Assembly (NCBI GenBank): GCA_964448625.1
Contig: CAYUWT010000001.1
Coordinates: 1-25,861, forward strand
From: an uncultured archaeon
GTDB lineage: Archaea > Aenigmatarchaeota > Aenigmatarchaeia > QMZP01
Direction: 5' to 3'
DNA length: 25,861 nucleotides
Below are positions 1 through 8,062 of this stretch, piece by piece. The position numbers were made by a program, and so were the translations under genes. Positions within the stretch are counted from its first letter, which is position 1. Each line of letters opens with the position of its first letter. A model generated the notes under the pieces. That model made no database searches, was not told where the DNA came from, and saw nothing but the letters and a program-made list of their open reading frames with translations.

Positions 1-60
1 GAGCTGATTTTGGACAGAGGTATCAATTCAATGATTGAGGATTTGCTTGCGAATAGCTGA
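1..60 (+). CDS. possible 3' end of an upstream gene (partial, ...ELILDRGINSMIEDLLANS*)
   Basis: Frame 1 is open from the window edge to TGA at 58-60, convergent with the ATPase. It is too short to assign. Confidence 0.25.
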   Translation, partial: ELILDRGINSMIEDLLANS

Positions 61-75
61 AAGGGTAAAGCTGCG

Positions 76-1374
76 CTACCCGAAAATCCCCTTCTCGCTG
101 AGCGCGCTTGGAGAGCCTCCAGCGTGCCAGCTTATTCTCGGCCTGACCTGTATCATGTACATCCTCTCTGAATTGTCATCCAGAACAATGGCACACCCCT
201 TTGTCCTCGGCATCTCGTTTATGAGCTCCTGTATGTCATCCAGCACATAGGTCTGCATTATGGATCTCAAAGCCTCTATATCGCTTTTCGAGGTGAGGCG
301 GTGGCTGATTATCAGATCAGCCTGTGCAAGCGCATCCTCGTGCAGCTTGTTGGGCCTCTGGGTTATGAGCAGCACGCTTATCCCGGGCTCCCTCCCCTCT
401 TTTATCAGCGTATGCAGGGGCTCGCTTGCGGCTGTCTCCCCTTCGTTGGGCAGGAACTGGTGCGCCTCATCCATTATCACCCACGCCATCGGTATGGTCT
501 CGCTTGCCTCCCCTGTCATGGCCTCAAACTCCTCCTTCTTCCTTGCCATAAGCCGTTCCTGGAATATCTTTCTCGACAACAAACCTACAACCATGGTCCT
601 TACCGACCAGCCTGCTGACGCTCTCATGTAATGGCTCACATCTATTATCGAAATCGCTCCTCTCTTGAAAAGGCTTCTGATTGGGGTTCCCTCCTTCTCG
701 AATATCCCCCAGTCGGCAGCCATAAGGAACCGGTTTATCAGCGCATTTTTTACATTCTCCTCCAGCTTCTTGTCATCCTCCACAACCGATGCAATATCCT
801 CTATTGTGTATTTCTCCCCGAACTTCGCCCTCGTGTTTTTTATTATCCTCTCTGTGGCTATCCCGTACTGGTCCATCACCGAAAACCCGAAGGTAAGGAT
901 CCAGTCCATAGCCGTTATCTCCCCTGTTGCAAGCGTGAAAGGGCCATCAACCTTAACCCCGGTTTCCTTGTATTCCTTTATGAATGCCTTGGGCACGAAA
1001 AGCCTTGCGCCCGCTATGCCCTTCGGCTTGATGTCCCACTTTGCAAGCAGCTCCTTCTCCCTCTCGTTGGGCATCTTTGTGGACCAGTATATGCCCATGG
1101 TGTCTATCATGAGCACCGTAAGGTTGTTCCTCACCTCGCTGGGAAGCAGCGCCATCTCCTCCGCGATAACAGCCCCGCTGTAGCTTTTCCCGGTTCCGCG
1201 TTTTCCGCAGACCAGCACAACATGGGGCCTTGCGACATCCATATGGACAGGATTGGTAAGGTGAGACTGCTCCCCCTTGCCCACTATATGCTTCCCTATG
1301 TACGCTGTCCCGGCATTGCCAAACCTCTTCATGTCCTCCCTGTCTCTGCCTATTACAATCTTTTCAAGAGCCAC
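76..1374 (-). CDS. DUF87 / HerA-FtsK superfamily P-loop ATPase
   Basis: 432 aa. Walker A GKRGTGKS follows a hydrophobic strand (HVVLVC); Walker B WVIMDEAH; KEGREPG and ITQRP motifs are typical of HerA/DUF87 ATPases. Confidence 0.85.
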   Translation of the reverse strand: MALEKIVIGRDREDMKRFGNAGTAYIGKHIVGKGEQSHLTNPVHMDVARPHVVLVCGKRGTGKSYSGAVIAEEMALLPSEVRNNLTVLMIDTMGIYWSTKMPNEREKELLAKWDIKPKGIAGARLFVPKAFIKEYKETGVKVDGPFTLATGEITAMDWILTFGFSVMDQYGIATERIIKNTRAKFGEKYTIEDIASVVEDDKKLEENVKNALINRFLMAADWGIFEKEGTPIRSLFKRGAISIIDVSHYMRASAGWSVRTMVVGLLSRKIFQERLMARKKEEFEAMTGEASETIPMAWVIMDEAHQFLPNEGETAASEPLHTLIKEGREPGISVLLITQRPNKLHEDALAQADLIISHRLTSKSDIEALRSIMQTYVLDDIQELINEMPRTKGCAIVLDDNSERMYMIQVRPRISWHAGGSPSALSEKGIFG

Positions 1375-1390
1375 ACAAACACCAAAACTA

Positions 1391-1410
1391 CCCGAACTTT
1401 AAAGTTCGGG
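1391..1410. repeat. 20-bp perfect palindrome, copy 1 (CCCGAACTTTAAAGTTCGGG)
   Basis: Read directly; self-complementary; flanks AAAACTA / AAATT. Confidence 0.95.
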
Positions 1411-1457
1411 AAATTAGATTGTTATATATACTATTGAGGGAACAATATAATAAATTA

Positions 1458-1477
1458 CCCGAACATTAATGTTCGGG
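1458..1477. repeat. 20-bp perfect palindrome, copy 2 (CCCGAACATTAATGTTCGGG)
   Basis: Read directly; self-complementary; flanks AAATTA / AATTT. Confidence 0.95.
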
Positions 1478-1494
1478 AATTTAAAGGGGGTTTT

Positions 1495-1680
1495 ATGGGA
1501 TTCGAGCAGATAATTAAAGACAAGGAAGAGCTTATAAAAACCATTCTGAAGCTGGTGGAGGATAAGGAAGCGAGAACCAAACTCAGCCTGAAGGGTGTGG
1601 AGTTCCACGTAGGGAAGTCCCTGGTAAGGATGAACGGGACTGTTGAGATAACATTCATCCCGCTTGAGGAAAAGAGATAG
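1495..1680 (+). CDS. small hypothetical protein (61 aa)
   Basis: Protein-like composition; purine-rich GGGGG upstream; stop is 1 nt before the next ATG, which suggests an operon. Confidence 0.6.
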   Translation: MGFEQIIKDKEELIKTILKLVEDKEARTKLSLKGVEFHVGKSLVRMNGTVEITFIPLEEKR

Positions 1681-1681
1681 C

Positions 1682-1945
1682 ATGGAAATTTTTGAGGAGA
1701 TTCTTAAGCACGTTAGCGGGAAGGCCGAGCTTTCAATCGAGATTGAAGGCAAGCCTGCTGCTGCGGTGAAAATGGACGGGAAAAAAATCACGATAGATGT
1801 TTTGGACCCGGCCTTTGCCATGAAGTTCGCAGGACAGAGCCTTTTCCGCGGGAAGGGTTTTGCGGAAAGCGGCACTCTCGCAAAACTGAAGAAAGCCGGT
1901 TTCACAATAAAAGCGAAATACATGATGCTGGAGATTGGGCTGTAG
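1682..1945 (+). CDS. small hypothetical protein (87 aa)
   Basis: ATG at 1682 immediately after the upstream TAG, in frame with the ORF-track call 1664..1945; the stop abuts the convergent gene. Confidence 0.6.
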   Translation: MEIFEEILKHVSGKAELSIEIEGKPAAAVKMDGKKITIDVLDPAFAMKFAGQSLFRGKGFAESGTLAKLKKAGFTIKAKYMMLEIGL

Positions 1946-1947
1946 CA

Positions 1948-2499
1948 TTACCTGTAAAGCTTCCCCTGTTGCATTTTCCTGTGATACCAGAATATAGCCC
2001 TTTCAATATCCCTCACAGGAGCCCTGAATTTCGCTGCATAATATCTTAATTTGGCAAGGTAATCACTCCAGTCATTAAAACCAAAATTTCTCCCAGAAGG
2101 CTTCGCTTTTACAGAGCCGTACAGATAGAGCATCTGCCATACCCTTATGTCAATCACACCGTAATTCTGCGGGTCTGTGAGGGTCAGTATTGCGGAAGCT
2201 GTCGGTATCGATACCCCCTTGAGGCTTGTGAGCAGCCCAATTTTTTTCCTTTCGGATTCTGCGGAAAACAGTTTTCTTGAAACCGAGACTATTTCCTCTT
2301 CGGAATTTTTGAGATATTGGTGCCTTGGCCGGGCGCTTTTCCACATGGCCATCTTCAGGAATTCCTCCTTTATGAAATAGCCCCTTTCTCCCGCCATCTT
2401 AAGCTCCCCCATCAGCTTCAGCGTTTCATTGTCTTCCTCAACATGAAGATTGTCCCTTATAAGCTCCCCTATTGTTGCATATTCCTTTCTCATTGCCAT
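1948..2499 (-). CDS. HhH-GPD superfamily (DNA glycosylase-like) protein
   Basis: HhH-like LTSLKGVSIPTASAIL followed by YGVIDIRV; TTATAAAA on the minus strand 27 nt upstream of the start. Confidence 0.6.
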   Translation of the reverse strand: MAMRKEYATIGELIRDNLHVEEDNETLKLMGELKMAGERGYFIKEEFLKMAMWKSARPRHQYLKNSEEEIVSVSRKLFSAESERKKIGLLTSLKGVSIPTASAILTLTDPQNYGVIDIRVWQMLYLYGSVKAKPSGRNFGFNDWSDYLAKLRYYAAKFRAPVRDIERAIFWYHRKMQQGKLYR

Positions 2500-2550
2500 A
2501 CTCGAATTTCTGCTTTGGTTTTATAAGAAGGGAAACGCAAATATTAACCA

Positions 2551-3594
2551 ATGCTCAAGCTTCTCGAGGAGCTCTCCAACGCCTGCGGGGTAAGCGGGAA
2601 CGAGTCCCATGTAAGGCACCTTGTTTCCAGGCTAATCAAGCCCCACGCGGATGACATGTACATAGACGGGATGGGGAACCTCATATGCAGGCAGAAGGGG
2701 GACGGCCCCAAGGTGATGCTGGCCGCGCATATGGATGAGATAGGGCTGTGCGTCAAGAATATAGATGATTTAGGCCATATATACTTCTCCCTTGTTGGCG
2801 GCATAAGCGAGGACGCTTTGATCGGCCAGTATGTCCACTTCCACCTTCAGCCCAAAGGGGAGCTGCACGGTGTTATTACACACCCCAGCCTGCATAACGA
2901 TGTGCGGTCAGACAAGGCCCCCAGCTATGCGGAAATGTACATAGACACAGGGCTTTCAAAAGCGGAGCTGCTCAGGAAAGGGGTCCATGTCGGCACCTCC
3001 GTTGTTTTCTCAAAAAGGCTCTCAGCCCTCGGGAACAAAAACATTGTGGCGGGGAAGGCTCTGGATGACAGGGTTGGTTGCGCGATACTCATAGAGCTTG
3101 CGGAGAGGATGAAAGGCAAAAAGGGATTGGACATATACTATGTTTTCACCGTTCAGGAGGAGGTCGGCCTCTACGGGGCAAAGACAGCGATATACCAGCT
3201 CGACCCCGACTGGGGGATAGCGGTTGACGCCACTTCCGCTGAAGACGCTTCCACAGCCGCAAAGGGCCTCGGGAAGGGGCCTTTCCTTACGGTGAAGGAT
3301 GCGGAGTTCATAGCCAATCCATTCCTGCTCGAGCACATAGTGAAAACAGCCCAGGCGAAAAGGATACCTTTCCAGTACGAGGTCTCCGATGCCGGCACGA
3401 CAGATGCGCTGAGCATGTCGCTTTCCAAGGGAGGCGTTGCAACATGCGTGCTTGCAGTAGGGGTGAGGAACCTGCACTCCACAATCTCGCTTGCTGACCT
3501 GCGGGACATAGAGGCGGCTGTAGAGCTGCTCGAGGCTTTGCTCCGCAGCCCGCCCAAGGTGCTGCACAAAAGAAAGTATTCGTTTTTCAAGTAG
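2551..3594 (+). CDS. M42 family (TET-like) metallo-aminopeptidase
   Basis: AAHMDEIG, KALDDRVG, VQEEVG and C-terminal LHST metal-ligand motifs. Confidence 0.9.
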   Translation: MLKLLEELSNACGVSGNESHVRHLVSRLIKPHADDMYIDGMGNLICRQKGDGPKVMLAAHMDEIGLCVKNIDDLGHIYFSLVGGISEDALIGQYVHFHLQPKGELHGVITHPSLHNDVRSDKAPSYAEMYIDTGLSKAELLRKGVHVGTSVVFSKRLSALGNKNIVAGKALDDRVGCAILIELAERMKGKKGLDIYYVFTVQEEVGLYGAKTAIYQLDPDWGIAVDATSAEDASTAAKGLGKGPFLTVKDAEFIANPFLLEHIVKTAQAKRIPFQYEVSDAGTTDALSMSLSKGGVATCVLAVGVRNLHSTISLADLRDIEAAVELLEALLRSPPKVLHKRKYSFFK

Positions 3595-3666
3595 TTTTTC
3601 TAAGTTGTCGGATGAATCACAAAACAAATTCGAACCAATTTATAGAAAAAACCCAACAATCAACCT

Positions 3667-4566
3667 ATGCGTACAAATAAAGGCAGCGCTGTAACTGTAG
3701 GAACCTTCGACGGCGTTCATAGGGGCCACCGCAAGATACTTGAAACACTTGTGAGGGAGGCTGAAAAGCGCAACCTTGAGCCTATTGTTGTTACATTCCC
3801 CGAGCCCCCGCGGAACTTTTTTGGGGACAAAACAAAGCTGCTGTGCACACTTGAAAAGCGGAAAGAGCTCCTCAAAAAAGCGGGGATAGAAAGGGTGGAG
3901 GTTATTGATTTTAAGGATATACACATGCTCTCCCCTGAAGAATTTGCAAAAAGGGTGCTTGCAAAAAGGCTGAATTGCAAACTGTTTGTTGCAAGCTCCG
4001 TGTTTGTTTTCGGAAATGGGAGGGAAGGCAATATTGGCACCCTCAGGGCCCTTGGGAAGGAGCACGGTTTTGAGGTGATAGAGGTTGGGGTGGATATGAA
4101 AGAAGGAAGGAAGGTGGGCAGCAGCGCAATAAGGGAGGCGCTTGCAGAGGGAGACATTGCAAAGGCAAGGGAGCTGCTGGGCTACGACCCCACACTTACG
4201 GGGAAAGTCATAAAAGGGAAAGGAAAAGGGAAGGAGATGGGATTTCCCACGATAAATATAGAGCCTGACAAGGGGCTGGCAGACCTGAAAAGCGGCATAT
4301 ATGCTGCGGTGCTTGCATATGGAGGGAAAGAATACAAAGGGGCGGGATACATAGGCACGAAACCCACCTTCGGCAGCAACAGGATGGGCTTTGAGATATA
4401 CATAATGGAAAAACCTCCCCGAATAGCGGCAGGGGAAAGGGCTGAGATAAGGCTGGTTGAAAGGATACGGGATGACAGAAAGTTCGGAAGCGAGCAGGAG
4501 CTTTCAGAGGCGATAGCAGGCGATGTAAAAGAAATAGATACATGGTTCAAAAAAAAGTTTCCCTAA
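3667..4566 (+). CDS. ribF: bifunctional FMN adenylyltransferase / riboflavin kinase (bacterial RibF type)
   Basis: N-terminal TVGTFDGVHRGH (HxGH) and SSAIRE; C-terminal GKGKGKEMGFPTINI, GTKPTF, ERIRDDRKF. Confidence 0.9.
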   Translation: MRTNKGSAVTVGTFDGVHRGHRKILETLVREAEKRNLEPIVVTFPEPPRNFFGDKTKLLCTLEKRKELLKKAGIERVEVIDFKDIHMLSPEEFAKRVLAKRLNCKLFVASSVFVFGNGREGNIGTLRALGKEHGFEVIEVGVDMKEGRKVGSSAIREALAEGDIAKARELLGYDPTLTGKVIKGKGKGKEMGFPTINIEPDKGLADLKSGIYAAVLAYGGKEYKGAGYIGTKPTFGSNRMGFEIYIMEKPPRIAAGERAEIRLVERIRDDRKFGSEQELSEAIAGDVKEIDTWFKKKFP

Positions 4567-4580
4567 CATTACTGTTCGTG
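4561..4580 (-). repeat. degenerate copy of the 20-bp palindrome (minus strand CACGAACAGTAATGTTAGGG)
   Basis: 17/20 match to copy 2; minus-strand flanks AAAACTA / AAA match copy 1; overlaps the ribF stop codon. Confidence 0.6.
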
Positions 4581-4640
4581 TAGTTTTTTACAATGCTTAT
4601 AAATCACTTCTCCTTACCAATGTTATAGTCATAACATTCC

Positions 4641-7631
4641 ATGTTTTCGGTGAGCAAAAGGATGCGAAATAACCATAACCCAACAGCTCTTGCCCTTTTT
4701 TCAATAGTCTCTATCCTCCTGCTGGCCCCCATTCACGTTTTTGCCCAGTCAATCTCCATAATTTCCCCTTCGGAAGGGCAGGCAGTGCTTTCAAACTCCT
4801 CGTTTTCAATCAGCTGGTCATCCTCAGGCATAGCCCATTTCCAGATAACTTACACAACAAACCTTTCAGCTTTGTGCAACGTTTCCGACAACGGGCAGTG
4901 CGAAAATAACGGCTGGTTATGCTTGCAGGACCACCCTTATGGAGATTCAGCGACAGCAGGCTGGACAGGGCAGGCACCGCAGCTCAACTCCACCGCAGTC
5001 AGGATACGGGTGGAGGGCCATGATGAAAGCCACGCAACTATAAACAACAGCTGCTCCCAGCTTTTCACAATAGCAAGCGTTCCCATGCCTCCCCGCAGCC
5101 TTGTAGCCGTTGCGCTCAATAAAAGCGCGATAAATATAAGCTGGGCAGCCCAGCAAAGCAACGAGCTTGTTACAAAGTATATGATTTACCGGGACTTGGC
5201 CAACATATACAGCACAACAGACAATAACACGCTTGCTTACATTGATAACGGCCTCACACCTTCAACACAATACAACTATACCCTTAAGGCCTTCAGCCCT
5301 GTTGGAGAATCCGCTTTCAGCAATACAGCCTCCGCAACAACCCTCCCGATGCCCCCTCATGTCAACCTTACCTCCCCCATCAACGGCCTGCTCACAAACT
5401 CCACCAGCCTTAATCTCACATGCTCAGCCACGGGGAGTTCTCTTAAAACCATAACCCTCTACGGCAACTGGAGCGGAGGCTGGCACACCAACGCAACACA
5501 AAATGTTTCAGGTAGCGCGGACTCCTCAACCTTTCCCGTGAGCCTTGCGGAAGGCCATTACTCATGGAACTGCCTTGCGGCGGAGGCAAGCGGCCCCAGC
5601 TCCTTTGCCGCTTCAAATTACACATTTATTATTGATACCACACCTCCCTCACTGAATATCACCTCCCCTACCAGCAACTCAATAGAGAGTGTCTCAAGAA
5701 ACATCACCTTCCGCTATATTGTGGGCGACTCGAACCCCATAGCCTCGTGCAACCTTTCGGTAGCGGGAATGCAGGGCAAGCCAGCTTCAGATGTGCCTCG
5801 CGCGACTGAACAGTCATTTTCAATGATTCTCCCAAACGGAAATTACAATTGGAGCATTTCATGCAAAGATAGCGCGGGAAACATCAACACCTCCGGGACC
5901 TTTATGCTCAATGTTTCCGTCCCCGACATGCCGCCCGCAGTGCAGCTCTTCTCCCCGGCTGATAGCCAGAACACAACCGGCTTTGTAACCTTCATCTGCG
6001 GGGCGGAAGACGATTTCGGGCTTGCGAACATAAGCCTTTACCACAACATCACAGGCAACTTTTCGTTCAACCAGACTGCCAGCGTTTCAGGGGCTGCAGC
6101 CAATGTAACCTTTGCCATCCAGAACATACAGCCGGGAACCTATATCTGGAGTTGCAGGGCCTCAGATAGCGGAGGCAGGACAGCTTTTGCTGCTGCGAAC
6201 AGGACCTTCAGGACTCTCGAATTTTCCATAACTGTTACGAGACCCGCCGGCGGAGACTCATGGAGAGGCGGGAGCGTGCAGGAAGCAAGGTGGGGGGCTT
6301 CAGGCAACTTCAGCCATTTCTCCGTCTGCTACGCCCTCGGAAGGGAATGCACAGGCAGCACACGGTGCGCTGATTCGGGCTGGTCATCCATAATGGACAG
6401 GGTTTCGGAAACCTCATTTGATTGGACTGTTCCCCCCACTGTAAACTCAGATTCAGCTGCTATTATGGTTGAAGGCTATGACTACTCAGGCAGCTTTGCA
6501 GCAGGAAAATGCTCCGGCACATTCTCAATATACACGGAAGTTTTACCCGCAACCCCTGCCGCCACCCAGGAGGGGCAGAGCACCAGCCAGCAGGAAACAT
6601 CAAAAAACGCAAGCGGGACATCCATCACTACCCTCCAGCAGCCTGCCCAGGAAGGCGCGGCTCAAGCAGCTGCTGCAGCCCCGGCCGCAGTGGAAGCGCA
6701 GCCTGCAGCAGCGCAGCTCAGGGTGGCAAAGTCAATAGAGTCTCTCACAGCAGGGCAGCCTTCCATTCTCGAGTTCAATGCCGGCCACATAAGCAACATA
6801 TCCATTCTCCCGCTGAATAACGCGACAGGAATAGGCCTTGAGGTCACAACCTCCCCTCCCCTCGCAAACATAACCCCTCTCTCCAGCTACGTTTTTGAAT
6901 ATATGGATATAGCAGTTTCAGGCAACATAAGCCTGCAGAAGGCTCTGATAACATTTTTCCTTGAAAGGAACGAGATGGAGGGCGCAAGCGCAAATATGGG
7001 AAGCATAGCGCTCTATCACATGGAAGGCGGCAAATGGCTCGCATTGCCCACCCGCGTTATTTACACGGAGGGCAACCGCACATTTTTCGAGGCTGAAACA
7101 CGCTCATTTTCCCTCTTTGCCATAGGGGTATACAGCTCCTTTTCCCTGACAGGGCTTCTCGCCTTCGACCGCAGCGCAGTTTCTTCAATAATAATAGTGG
7201 CAGCCATTGCAGCAGGCTTCCTTTATTACAAAGCCCGTGCTTCATATTTTGCAGGCGGAAGGAGGCGGAAAAAGATAATAATGCAGCCCAGGAAAGACGG
7301 GCAGGAGCAGGCGGCAGACAACTCCGGAAAACCCTATATGGAAACAGAACCGGAATCTCCACAGGCGCCGGCAATCAGGGCAAAAATAAATGGAACCGGG
7401 GAAATGGAAAGCCTGAAGGAAAGGCTTGCATTCCTGCGCAGCAGGGTTGTCGGGCCGGCCTCACCCAAACCCGAAAAGGCAAAAAGCCGCATGCCTGCAG
7501 GCAGCAGGGAGAAGCTTGCTTTCCTCCATGAGGCTGTGCTTGGCGAAAGACCTGCGGGGAAGACAAAGGGCGCTGCAAACAAAAAGGCAGGCTTCAGAAA
7601 GAAGACACCGAAACCAAAGAAGAGCATGTAG
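4641..7631 (+). CDS. large cell-surface glycoprotein (Ig-like/FN3 repeats, PGF-pre-PGF domain, C-terminal TM helix, basic tail)
   Basis: N-terminal hydrophobic signal; FN3-like segment (PPRSLVA...W...Y..Y...GLTPSTQYNYTLKA); three PPxV/L..SP...W.C...D/E..G repeats; EAETRSFSLFAIG (PGF-pre-PGF-like); TM SIIIVAAIAAGFLYY; many N-x-S/T sequons. Confidence 0.8.
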   Translation: MFSVSKRMRNNHNPTALALFSIVSILLLAPIHVFAQSISIISPSEGQAVLSNSSFSISWSSSGIAHFQITYTTNLSALCNVSDNGQCENNGWLCLQDHPYGDSATAGWTGQAPQLNSTAVRIRVEGHDESHATINNSCSQLFTIASVPMPPRSLVAVALNKSAINISWAAQQSNELVTKYMIYRDLANIYSTTDNNTLAYIDNGLTPSTQYNYTLKAFSPVGESAFSNTASATTLPMPPHVNLTSPINGLLTNSTSLNLTCSATGSSLKTITLYGNWSGGWHTNATQNVSGSADSSTFPVSLAEGHYSWNCLAAEASGPSSFAASNYTFIIDTTPPSLNITSPTSNSIESVSRNITFRYIVGDSNPIASCNLSVAGMQGKPASDVPRATEQSFSMILPNGNYNWSISCKDSAGNINTSGTFMLNVSVPDMPPAVQLFSPADSQNTTGFVTFICGAEDDFGLANISLYHNITGNFSFNQTASVSGAAANVTFAIQNIQPGTYIWSCRASDSGGRTAFAAANRTFRTLEFSITVTRPAGGDSWRGGSVQEARWGASGNFSHFSVCYALGRECTGSTRCADSGWSSIMDRVSETSFDWTVPPTVNSDSAAIMVEGYDYSGSFAAGKCSGTFSIYTEVLPATPAATQEGQSTSQQETSKNASGTSITTLQQPAQEGAAQAAAAAPAAVEAQPAAAQLRVAKSIESLTAGQPSILEFNAGHISNISILPLNNATGIGLEVTTSPPLANITPLSSYVFEYMDIAVSGNISLQKALITFFLERNEMEGASANMGSIALYHMEGGKWLALPTRVIYTEGNRTFFEAETRSFSLFAIGVYSSFSLTGLLAFDRSAVSSIIIVAAIAAGFLYYKARASYFAGGRRRKKIIMQPRKDGQEQAADNSGKPYMETEPESPQAPAIRAKINGTGEMESLKERLAFLRSRVVGPASPKPEKAKSRMPAGSREKLAFLHEAVLGERPAGKTKGAANKKAGFRKKTPKPKKSM

Positions 7632-7632
7632 G

Positions 7633-7656
7633 CTCCACGCGGCTTTGCCAGCGGAG
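7633..7656. repeat. imperfect hairpin CTCC-AC-GC-GGC-TTT-GCC-A-GC-GGAG immediately after the stop codon
   Basis: Read directly; could be a terminator-like or REP-like element. Confidence 0.5.
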
Positions 7657-7682
7657 TTAACCAAAAACCGGGGCCTTAACTA

Positions 7683-7702
7683 CCCGAACTTTAAAGTTCG
7701 GG
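7683..7702. repeat. 20-bp perfect palindrome, copy 3 (identical to copy 1)
   Basis: AACTACCCGAACTTTAAAGTTCGGG is shared exactly (25 bp) with 1386-1410. Confidence 0.95.
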
Positions 7703-7748
7703 CAATCTAGCAGGCCGAGTTATTGGCAAAGCCAACAGAGGCTATTGC

Positions 7749-7757
7749 TTTATAAAG
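7749..7757 (+). promoter_or_regulatory. TATA box (TTTATAAAG) for the CxxC-x17-CxxC gene
   Basis: Matches the archaeal TATA consensus; the gene also has an SD-like AAGGAG at 7815-7820. Confidence 0.5.
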
Positions 7758-7829
7758 AATTCCTACAAATATTGGGCAGGTATGGGAGAAAGCTCTTTGA
7801 TACCTTCAATAAGTAAGGAGTAAGTTAGC

Positions 7830-7982
7830 ATGCCATTCAAGAGTTTTGGCGGGCCGCGGCAAATGTTCAAGGCCAAATGTTCCGACTGCGGAAATGACTG
7901 CGAAGTGCCGTTCCAGCCTTCCGAAGGGCGTCCGGTTTACTGCCGCGACTGTTTCGCAAAACACCGACCAAAGAGATTCTAA
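7830..7982 (+). CDS. CxxC-x17-CxxC domain small Zn-binding protein (50 aa; not in the ORF track)
   Basis: Manual translation: MPFKSFGGPRQMFKAKCSDCGNDCEVPFQPSEGRPVYCRDCFAKHRPKRF. It has PRQMF, CxxC, VPF.P..GRPVYCxxC. Confidence 0.9.
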   Translation: MPFKSFGGPRQMFKAKCSDCGNDCEVPFQPSEGRPVYCRDCFAKHRPKRF

Positions 7983-8062
7983 TTGTATAAAAGTTAGAAC
8001 GAAACAAAATCGTTATTTTTTTCCGTTTATTTTGTATTTAAGCCTTCTGCACAAAGGCTAAT

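Noticed and set aside
76-1374. HerA-based defence system (HerA-NurA, SIR2-HerA etc.)
   Set aside because: No nuclease or sirtuin partner is adjacent in the window, so only the ATPase can be supported.
631-1437. 268-aa plus-strand ORF, and other long antisense ORFs such as 8825..9727, 12653..13387 and 3022..3627
   Set aside because: They are shadows of well-supported genes on the opposite strand and show no recognisable motifs.
1386-1482. Mini CRISPR array (two ~30-bp palindromic repeats with a ~37-bp spacer)
   Set aside because: The dimensions fit, but there are only two repeats, they differ at several positions, they lack a typical GAAA(C/G)-type end, further copies are scattered singly, and no cas1/cas2 or leader is present.
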